A stretch of 64,000 nucleotides of DNA from Desulfarculia bacterium (GTDB lineage Bacteria; Desulfobacterota; Desulfarculia; Adiutricales; JAGVGV01), in NCBI GenBank assembly GCA_963662445.1, contig OY759590.1, positions 1,472,249 to 1,536,248 on the forward strand, read 5' to 3'. A model generated the notes under the pieces. That model worked only from the letters and a program-made list of their open reading frames with translations. It did not search any database and was not told where the DNA came from. The translations under genes were made by a program, and so were the position numbers. Positions 46,298 to 53,500 of the stretch are shown here, one piece after another. The stretch's first letter is position 1; each line of letters starts with the position of its first letter.

Positions 46298-46650
46298 GGG
46301 GGGCAGCGACCAGCGGGAGCGCTGAGGGCGGTCAGCCCCCATAGATGGTCCAGGCGACAGCCTGGCAGCAAGGGGGGCAGGCTTTCGCCTGCACCCTGCT
46401 CCGGAGGCTGCCGCCTCCGGTTTAATTCTTTGGTCTTCCGCAGGGGCAGCGACCAGCGGGAGCGCTGGGGGCGGTCAGCCCCCATAGATGGTCCAGGCGA
46501 CAGCCTGGCAGCAAGGGGGGCAGGCTTTCGCCTGCACCCTGCTCCGGAGGCTGCCGCCTCCGGTTTAATTCTTTGGTCTTCCGCAGGGGCAGCGACCAGC
46601 GGGAGCGCTGGGGGCGGCCAGCCCCCAGAGATGGTCCAGGCGACAGCCTG
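46298..46650. repeat. Tandem array (about 2.4 copies, 143 bp period) of repeat modules A+B
   Basis: GGGCAGCGAC recurs at 46301, 46444 and 46587. The units are nearly identical. Confidence 0.9.
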
Positions 46651-46653
46651 GCC

Positions 46654-47130
46654 TTAATCGCGCCTTTGGCGGGCCAGCAAGGCGGCCAGGCTTTTGCGCA
46701 ATTCCTCGTCCTTGACCGCGGCCAAGGCCTCGCGTATACCCGGCCGGTCCGATTCGGAAGGTGCGGGCCGCCCTGTGCGCTGGGCTTCACGAGCCTCGGC
46801 CCATTGGCGGGGGGTGCCCAACTCGCCTACCCGGAAACGGATATCCTTGACCACGGGAGCCCCCACTTCGTGGTTGATCTTGTCCACAAAATCGGCCTTG
46901 AAATAGCTGAAACGGTCTATCCAGACAGAGCCTTCCACCGCCACGGACAAGACCCCGTTATGGATGGATTCCGGCCTGGTTCGGGCCGCGTTGAACTCGC
47001 CGACCGCCTTGGGCCAGGCTTCAAAGACACGGACCATCTCCCGGGCCAGGCCGAGAAATCCGTTGCCCATGGATTCGTCCAGCAGCTCCCCCACGGGCCT
47101 GGGCTCGCTTTTTTCCCGTTTCTTCTCCAT
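46654..47130 (-). CDS. DUF721 / DciA-like protein
   Basis: 158 aa. WPKAVGEFNAARTRPESIHNGVLSVAVEGSVWIDRFSYFKADFVDKIN matches the DUF721 pattern. Confidence 0.7.
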   Translation of the reverse strand: MEKKREKSEPRPVGELLDESMGNGFLGLAREMVRVFEAWPKAVGEFNAARTRPESIHNGVLSVAVEGSVWIDRFSYFKADFVDKINHEVGAPVVKDIRFRVGELGTPRQWAEAREAQRTGRPAPSESDRPGIREALAAVKDEELRKSLAALLARQRRD

Positions 47131-47410
47131 ACCGATACTCTATCTGCACTTACCCGTCCCCGTCAATGGCCCGAATCAACTCCTGCTCATCCGGCCATGG
47201 GGTGTCATGACATCGGGAATCCCGGCCTTCGGAACAATCGCCCTTCCGTTCACTGCCGGTCGTATAACCTGCTGTCGGGATTTTTGCATGGATAGGCCGA
47301 ACGCTTTGATAAAACAGAAAAACAAAATACAGCCACTTGACCTAGGTCAAGGCCTGATCTCCTTGTCCGGGGTATTCTATAATCAAGTTGCGGACAAGGA
47401 GGTTTCACCC

Positions 47411-48211
47411 ATGGCGGTCAGAAACATCATTCAGATAGACGAAGACAAGTGCGACGGATGCGGCCTTTGCGTGATCGGCTGCGCGGAAGGCGCTCTGAAG
47501 GTCATCAACGGCAAGGCGAAACTGGTCAGCGAAATCTATTGCGACGGTTTGGGCGCCTGTCTGGGCGAATGTCCCACAGGGGCCCTGACGGTCATCCGGA
47601 GAGATGCCGAAGAGTTCGACGAGTCGGCGGCCATGGCTCATGTGGCTTCCCGGCAGGACGAGAACAACCGGCAATCCACCCAGGGGCCGGAGCCGGTTCA
47701 GATTCAGCCCGCCCCGGTCCATGCCTCGCATGGTCAGGGGACTCTGGCTTGCGGCTGCCCCGGAAGCATGTCTCGGGAACTCAGTCCGGCCGACTCACGT
47801 CAGACCAGGGAAGCGGCTCCGGCTTCGGCTCTGCGCAACTGGCCGGTCCAGTTGCATCTGGTCCCGGTCAAGGCGCCTTATTTTCAGGACGCGGAACTGC
47901 TCATCTCCGCCGACTGCGCGGGTTTCTCGGCCACGAATCTGCACCGGGAATACCTGCCCGGCAAGACCCTGGTCATCGCCTGCCCCAAGCTGGACGAGAC
48001 GAGTGGCTACGAAGACAAGCTGGCGGAAATTATAAAGAATAACCATATCAAATCCCTGACGGTTCTTTATATGACTGTGCCTTGCTGCTTCGGCCTGGTC
48101 CACCTGGTCAGGCAGGCTGTCAGGAAGAGCGGCCGGGTGGTGCCTCTGCGGCTGGTCCAGATTGAACCGACCGGAGAAGTGGCTGAAGTTCTGGAGGAAG
48201 CGGCCTCATAG
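47411..48211 (+). CDS. 4Fe-4S dicluster domain protein with a Cys-containing C-terminal domain of unknown function
   Basis: CDGCGLCVIGCAEG and CDGLGACLGECPTG. AAGGAGG lies 8 nt upstream of ATG at 47411. The long upstream ORF extension was rejected. Confidence 0.8.
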   Translation: MAVRNIIQIDEDKCDGCGLCVIGCAEGALKVINGKAKLVSEIYCDGLGACLGECPTGALTVIRRDAEEFDESAAMAHVASRQDENNRQSTQGPEPVQIQPAPVHASHGQGTLACGCPGSMSRELSPADSRQTREAAPASALRNWPVQLHLVPVKAPYFQDAELLISADCAGFSATNLHREYLPGKTLVIACPKLDETSGYEDKLAEIIKNNHIKSLTVLYMTVPCCFGLVHLVRQAVRKSGRVVPLRLVQIEPTGEVAEVLEEAAS

Positions 48212-48360
48212 CCGCTGGAACACGCGGTATTGGATTCTGAAAGGCCGGGCCCATGATGGACTTGTCCTGAATCGTGATTATGTTTTTCTGAAGAGCAGAT
48301 GAACGGAGCCGCAGGCGGTCCGGGAAGACGAGCCGCCATGGCGGAGGAAGGAGCGGAAAG

Positions 48361-48618
48361 ATGTCTTTTACCCAATGTCCGGGTCAGGATACGGCTTTTT
48401 GGAAACCTGGCGACATTTTTGAAATAACCTGCCCCAACTGCGGGGAATCGGTGGAGTTTTTCAAGGACGAGGGCAAGCGCAAATGCAAGGGATGCGGGCA
48501 CGTCTTTCCGAATCCCAAGCTCAACGAAGGCTGCGCCAAATGGTGTAAATTCGCCGACAAATGCCTGGGGCTCAATCGCCAGTCCGAAGGAACGGAAGAA
48601 ACTGCGGCGTCTGAATAG
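48361..48618 (+). CDS. Small Cys-rich zinc-ribbon protein (85 aa)
   Basis: CPNCG...CKGCG...CAKWCKFADKC. AAGGAG upstream of the start, and codon usage typical of the window. Confidence 0.6.
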   Translation: MSFTQCPGQDTAFWKPGDIFEITCPNCGESVEFFKDEGKRKCKGCGHVFPNPKLNEGCAKWCKFADKCLGLNRQSEGTEETAASE

Positions 48619-48689
48619 AATAATAGCAGCCCTTGCCAGTGCGGGCCGCGAAGGTTCATGCTTGCCGGGGAATAGGAACGAGAAACCCA

Positions 48690-48812
48690 TCCCTTGGTTT
48701 GCGGGGGCAGCGACCAGAGGGAGCGCCGGGGGCGGCAAGCCCCCGGAAACAGGTCCAGGCGACAGCCTGGGGGCCGGGGCGACAGCCTGAGGGCCGGGGC
48801 GACAGTCTGGGG
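48690..48812. repeat. Mosaic intergenic repeat, locus 5 (module A variant plus a micro-tandem)
   Basis: GGGGCAGCGACCAGAGGGAGCGCCGGGGGCGGCAAGCCCCC...GGTCCAGGCGACAGCCTGG, followed by two further GGCCGGGGCGACAGyCTG units. Confidence 0.65.
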
Positions 48813-51800
48813 TCAGGGTGAACCAACCGGGACCTGTTTTATGGGCAGACGGACGATAAACAGCGCTCCTCCGCCTTGGTTTTCGTCTGCTTCGATCTTT
48901 CCTCCATGCCGGTCCACTATGCTGGAATAAGCCATGGAAAGACCCTGGCCCGTGCCTTGGCCGACTTCTTTGGTGGTGAAGAAAGGATCGAATATCCGTG
49001 GTTTGACATGTGCGGGGATGCCAGGACCGTTGTCGGCCACCCGTATTTCCGCCCAATCTCCATCCCTTCGGCTGGTTATTTCTATAAGACCCCGAGGCTT
49101 ATTTCCGGGCCGGTTTTCCCCGGCAATGGCCTGGGCCGCGTTTATGACGAGGTTGAGCATGGCCTGGTTGAATTCGGCCGGGTAACCCTGTATCACCGGC
49201 AGATCCGGGGCTAATTCCATTTCCAGATCCGCCCATTGTTGCCATTCATACTGGGAGATGATAACGGCGTTTTCCACGGCCTGGTTGATATCCAGATCGC
49301 TTTTTTTCTCGCGTCCGGGATGCGCGAAATATCGCATGGAGGAAACGATCTTGCCCACCCTTTCCACGCCTTCCAGGGACCCTCTGATGGCGTCCAGGGC
49401 GTCGTCCTTGGTCTGGTTGATTCCTGCGCACCTGTCACGGCAAGCAGCGGCTTGCGTGTCATGGGGGAATGCTTCCGCCAGTTCGGCGCAGATTCGGGAA
49501 ATCTCGCCCAGTATCTCATTGTTCCTGTCGAATTCGCCGGAAAGGTATTCTATGTTGGAACGGATATACTGCATGGGCGTGTTGATTTCGTGGGCGATGC
49601 CTGCGGCCAGATGCCCGATGGCTTCCAGCCTTTGAGCCTGACCCAGTTGGCCTTCGATCATTTTCAACCGCGTGATATCGGTAATTGCGGCCATGCTGCC
49701 CCTGAATTTGCCTTCCCGGTCCATCACCGGCTGGGCCGAAACCAGAGTAAAGACCTGTTTGCCGTCTTTTCGCCTCATGGTCAGTTCATATTGTTCAGAC
49801 TGCCCCTTTTGTCTTTGGGCAAAACGGTCCCGCCAGGGCGAAACCTGGTCCGGATCTATGAAATCCGTTATGCTGCGGCCGATAAATTCGCTCCTCTCAT
49901 AGCCCAGGATTCCGGCCAAGCCCTGGTTCACGTACGTCAGCCGGGTCTGCTCATCCACGAGGCAGAACCCTTCACTGATGGTTTCCAGCAGTGTGCGGTA
50001 TTTCTCTTCCGATTCCTCCAGGGCGGCCCGGGCTTTTCTTTCCAAGGTGATATCACGGAAAATGCAGACCGTTCCCACGGCCTGTCCCTTATAATTCCGC
50101 AGCACGGACGCGGATAGGCGGCAGGGAAACACTTCGCCGTTCTGGCGCACGTTTTTTGTTTCCCCCACAAAGACGCCTTTCTCCAGAATGACCTCGGCCA
50201 CAGTCCGGCCGGTTCCAGGTGTGGCGAAAAGAGAGTCCACCAGGCGGCCCGTGATTTCCTCGGATTCGTATCCGAAAGTCTGGCTGGCGGCCCGGTTGAA
50301 TTCGACAATCCTTCGTTCCATGTCCAGGGCTACGATCATGTCCAGGGAACTCTGGACTATATTGTGCGCGTAATCGCGGGCCTCCAGATAGGCGGCCTGG
50401 GCCCGGCGGCTCTCCGTGACATCCTGAACCACGGACAGAATAAGTTTTCTGCCGCCGGCCGTTATGGGTCCGCTGAACATCTCCACTTCCCTAACAAGAC
50501 CTGATTTGGTCCGGTGCCTTACCTGTCCGGCTTCCCCCGCCCCCTGGCCGCCGCCCGCGTCAGGTTCGGTCAGGTCGGCCAGCTTCATTTTCAGCAAGAC
50601 CTCCTTGCTGAAACCGTAGAAACGGACGGCGGCCGGGTTGGCGTCCACCACGTTCCCATCGACCGGGTCGGTCAGCAGCATCACTGAGTGTTCATTGTCG
50701 AAAATACTCCGGTAACGGTCTTCGCTCTCCGCCAGAGCCAGTGCGGCCAGGTGCTGTTCCGTGATGTCGTAAAAAAAGTTGAGCGTGGCCGGCCGGCCTT
50801 CCACTTTTATCAATACTGAATTGACTATGGCCCAGCGGTTCCGCCCTTCGTGGTCGATAAAACGAAAACGGTTGGAAGAAGGCACCGAAAGGCCCTGAAG
50901 ACGCCGCAGGTAGTTGTCCCGGATTCTCTCCCTGTCGTCAGGGTGGATCAGATCGAAAAGACTGGCGTTTCGGAATTCTTCCTCCGTATATCCTGTCAGT
51001 TCCAGGGTGCGACGGTTGAAAAATACCGGAGTTTCCCCCCTGATTATCATTATGCTCTCGCTGGCGTTTTCCACGACCAGCCGGTAGTTTTCGTCGCTTT
51101 TTCTTTGAGCCTCCTCGGCCTGCCGACGCCAGGTTACGTCCGTGCAGGTCCCCACGATTCTTTCGGGCTGCTTCTCGGATGACTGCACCCTGCCGCCCTT
51201 CATCCAGCACCAGGCAAACCCGCCTTCCTTCCGGATGGCCCGGAATTCAAAGGAACAGGCCGATACTTCGCCCCGGACAAGCTCATCCAGCCGTTGTGCG
51301 GCGTTTGGCCGGTCTTCCGGGTGGACCAGGCTCAACCAGTCGTCAATCAAAACATCTGTGGCCTCCGGACCCCAGCCGAGAAGCTCATTGAGGTCGTCAT
51401 CGGCCGTGATCTTCCGGGTCAAAGGCTCTATCTCCCAGGCGGCGGTCCGTCCGGCCCGGACAGCCAAGGCATGTTTTTCCGCCGCATGGGCCAGCTCCGC
51501 CCGGCTCTCCACGGTCTTCTCCAGAGCCAGCAGAAAAAAGAAAAGAAGAGCGGACGTCAGCAGTGAAACACTCAGGTTGACCAGCAGGCGGATATTGTTC
51601 TCGCGGGGCAGATGGGCGAGGGTGCTGTCGCTGCGGGGAAAGACTACCACCCGCCAGGCGCGCCCCAAGGTGGAAAAAACATGGCTGGCCAGAAAACGGT
51701 CTATGGACGAAGGCGGCGATTGCTCGGGAGCCGAATTGAATATCTCCGCGCCGTCCTCGAAAATGCGGACCACGAATTCAGGATGCTCGCTGCTGCTGAC

Positions 51801-52403
51801 AATAGTGCGGAAGATGTCCGCGATCAGGAACTGGCCGCCGATAAAGCCTGAAGATACCTCTCTTTCCCCTGATTTTGCTTTCAGGGGGACATGAATGCAG
51901 ACCACTAACCGGTCGTCTTTCAGTTGCCGGGCCGGAGTGGCCACCGGCTCGTCGGAAAGTTCCGTCAGGCGGAGCATCCGCCTGATTTCTTCCTGCGAAG
52001 GGAGCGGCGGCTCGGAAGGATGCAAGGGAGATACGGCGCTTGAAACAGGCCTCCCCTCGGCATCGAAATATTTGATGAACAGATATTGCGGTTCACGCTC
52101 GACAATGCCCCGTGCGTCGCGGAGAAAAAATTCTTTACGCAGGTGTTCCGGTGAATTCTGCCAGAGATTGGCCAGATGGGTCAGGTCCTTGGTCCGCTCG
52201 AAGAAGAGGTTCTGAATGCGCAGGGCCAATTCCTTGGCTACGAACTGGTTCTGCCTGCGGGCCAGGGTCGCGGCCAGGTCCCGGCTGTACGACCAGAGCG
52301 TCAGGTTGCCTGCCACCAGCAGGACCAGGACGGCCGTCGGGACCAGGTAAGTCAGTATGGCCCTGCGGCTTATCGCTCCGCTCCGGTTCGTCCGGAAAGG
52401 CAT
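48813..52403 (-). CDS. Sensor histidine kinase with a periplasmic/Cache-like N-terminal region, at least 5 PAS domains, HisKA and HATPase (no receiver domain)
   Basis: 1196 aa. H-box AAGIAHEINTPMQYI, G-boxes DNGPGI...GTGQGLSMA. Confidence 0.9.
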   Translation of the reverse strand: MPFRTNRSGAISRRAILTYLVPTAVLVLLVAGNLTLWSYSRDLAATLARRQNQFVAKELALRIQNLFFERTKDLTHLANLWQNSPEHLRKEFFLRDARGIVEREPQYLFIKYFDAEGRPVSSAVSPLHPSEPPLPSQEEIRRMLRLTELSDEPVATPARQLKDDRLVVCIHVPLKAKSGEREVSSGFIGGQFLIADIFRTIVSSSEHPEFVVRIFEDGAEIFNSAPEQSPPSSIDRFLASHVFSTLGRAWRVVVFPRSDSTLAHLPRENNIRLLVNLSVSLLTSALLFFFLLALEKTVESRAELAHAAEKHALAVRAGRTAAWEIEPLTRKITADDDLNELLGWGPEATDVLIDDWLSLVHPEDRPNAAQRLDELVRGEVSACSFEFRAIRKEGGFAWCWMKGGRVQSSEKQPERIVGTCTDVTWRRQAEEAQRKSDENYRLVVENASESIMIIRGETPVFFNRRTLELTGYTEEEFRNASLFDLIHPDDRERIRDNYLRRLQGLSVPSSNRFRFIDHEGRNRWAIVNSVLIKVEGRPATLNFFYDITEQHLAALALAESEDRYRSIFDNEHSVMLLTDPVDGNVVDANPAAVRFYGFSKEVLLKMKLADLTEPDAGGGQGAGEAGQVRHRTKSGLVREVEMFSGPITAGGRKLILSVVQDVTESRRAQAAYLEARDYAHNIVQSSLDMIVALDMERRIVEFNRAASQTFGYESEEITGRLVDSLFATPGTGRTVAEVILEKGVFVGETKNVRQNGEVFPCRLSASVLRNYKGQAVGTVCIFRDITLERKARAALEESEEKYRTLLETISEGFCLVDEQTRLTYVNQGLAGILGYERSEFIGRSITDFIDPDQVSPWRDRFAQRQKGQSEQYELTMRRKDGKQVFTLVSAQPVMDREGKFRGSMAAITDITRLKMIEGQLGQAQRLEAIGHLAAGIAHEINTPMQYIRSNIEYLSGEFDRNNEILGEISRICAELAEAFPHDTQAAACRDRCAGINQTKDDALDAIRGSLEGVERVGKIVSSMRYFAHPGREKKSDLDINQAVENAVIISQYEWQQWADLEMELAPDLPVIQGYPAEFNQAMLNLVINAAQAIAGENRPGNKPRGLIEITSRRDGDWAEIRVADNGPGIPAHVKPRIFDPFFTTKEVGQGTGQGLSMAYSSIVDRHGGKIEADENQGGGALFIVRLPIKQVPVGSP

Positions 52404-52652
52404 AAGTGTTATCCTCCACCGGACAAGGCAGGTGCGCCCACCGACCGGCTGGCTTGACGCTGTGTTCGTTGTTTGCTGAACTTAATTTAACATGTAAAGC
52501 CTCAAACGACCAGATGCCCTGGCTTTGCCCCAACCCGTGCCGGTTTCTTTCGGCCGTGCCGGAGTATTTTCTCGTTTCTCCCGACGAGTCTCCTGAAAAT
52601 GTGTCCGGGCGTCATTTTTTTCTTGACCACATCGTTTGCTTCCTGTAATTGT

Positions 52653-52670
52653 TTCCATCAAATGCTGGAA
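52653..52670. promoter_or_regulatory. Candidate TetR operator (imperfect palindrome) at the tetR promoter
   Basis: TTCCATCAAATGCTGGAA. 15 of 16 core positions are identical to the site at 53421-53438. It lies downstream of a possible TTGACC-17-TAATTG promoter. Confidence 0.4.
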
Positions 52671-52691
52671 GAAAGGGTTTGGACTTTCCGC

Positions 52692-53327
52692 ATGCCTTCA
52701 CCACTCGAAAAAGCCCGAAAAGATCCGGACTCCATGAAAGCCAAGATACTGGCCGTGGCCAAGCGCGTCTTCGGGCAATACGGGTATCATGGCGCGACCA
52801 CCCGCATCATCGCCAAGGAAGTCGGTATCGACATCTCCACTCTCTATTATCACTGGGGTGAGAAGAACGACCTGTATGAAGCGGTTATCCTCGACATTAC
52901 CGAGGATCTCCGGCAGCAGCTCGGTCGGGTCGAGAAGACGGTCCGCGGACGGCCTCTGGCCGAGCGTATGGACATCGCCATAGACATGATGACCGACTAC
53001 CTGTTCCAGAATTCCGAAATAGCCAACCTGACCTTTTTCCGTTATTTCGCCAAGACCCGGGAAAAAATGAAGTGGCAGGACAAAATTCCCGACTTTGTCT
53101 CGGACATCGCCCGGTCCATGGGCATAGCGGAAGAGGACGGCACCGTCTCCATCCACGCCCGTATGCGCATCCTCTGCATGATGAACTCCATCTACGATTT
53201 CATTTCCGGCGAGGAATTTTTCCGTGCGGCCCTGGAACTGGAGCGCGACGAGTATATTCCCCTGGCCATAGAAACGCTGAAATTCATTCTCATACCGGCC
53301 TTTGCCGGAGTTAAGCCAGCCGCCTGA
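52692..53327 (+). CDS. TetR/AcrR-family transcriptional regulator
   Basis: KAKILAVAKRVFGQYGYHGATTRIIAKEVGIDISTLYYHWGEKNDLYEAV is a TetR HTH. The start could also be ATG at 52662. Confidence 0.85.
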   Translation: MPSPLEKARKDPDSMKAKILAVAKRVFGQYGYHGATTRIIAKEVGIDISTLYYHWGEKNDLYEAVILDITEDLRQQLGRVEKTVRGRPLAERMDIAIDMMTDYLFQNSEIANLTFFRYFAKTREKMKWQDKIPDFVSDIARSMGIAEEDGTVSIHARMRILCMMNSIYDFISGEEFFRAALELERDEYIPLAIETLKFILIPAFAGVKPAA

Positions 53328-53420
53328 GCGCGGCCGCCCATATAGTTTCAGTTTCAAGCGGCGAATAAAAAGGACCCTCCGACCGGCGGAGCGGGCCTTG
53401 GCGTTTTGGCAGACTCTTTT

Positions 53421-53438
53421 CTCCATCAAATGATGGAG
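53421..53438. promoter_or_regulatory. Candidate TetR operator (perfect 8 bp inverted repeat) upstream of the acyl-CoA operon
   Basis: CTCCATCA-AA-TGATGGAG, 63 nt upstream of ATG at 53501. Confidence 0.45.
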
Positions 53439-53500
53439 TATTTGCGCAACTGTAACGTTCCCGAATAATAAAACTCAATTTCCACAAAGGAGGAACCGGG

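Noticed and set aside
46298-46650. Whether the tandem array is a CRISPR array.
   Set aside because: The period is 143 bp with no unique spacers, because the whole unit repeats. There are only about 2.4 copies and no cas genes nearby. The unit belongs to the dispersed mosaic family.
46964-47410. N-terminal ORF extensions: 46964-48211 for the ferredoxin gene, 11045-11281 for permease 2, 25350-25553 for tag, 29471-29590 for dinB, 14638-14781 for the binding protein and 61191-61301 for the thioesterase.
   Set aside because: The extensions overlap upstream genes or intergenic DNA, have atypical composition, and precede internal ATG codons that have good Shine-Dalgarno sites and match the family N-termini.
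53406-53421. TGGCAGactctTTTCT upstream of the acyl-CoA operon, considered as a sigma-54 promoter.
   Set aside because: The -12 element lacks the invariant GC, reading TC instead. A sigma-70-like TTGCGC-18-TAATAA element together with the TetR palindrome explains the region more simply.
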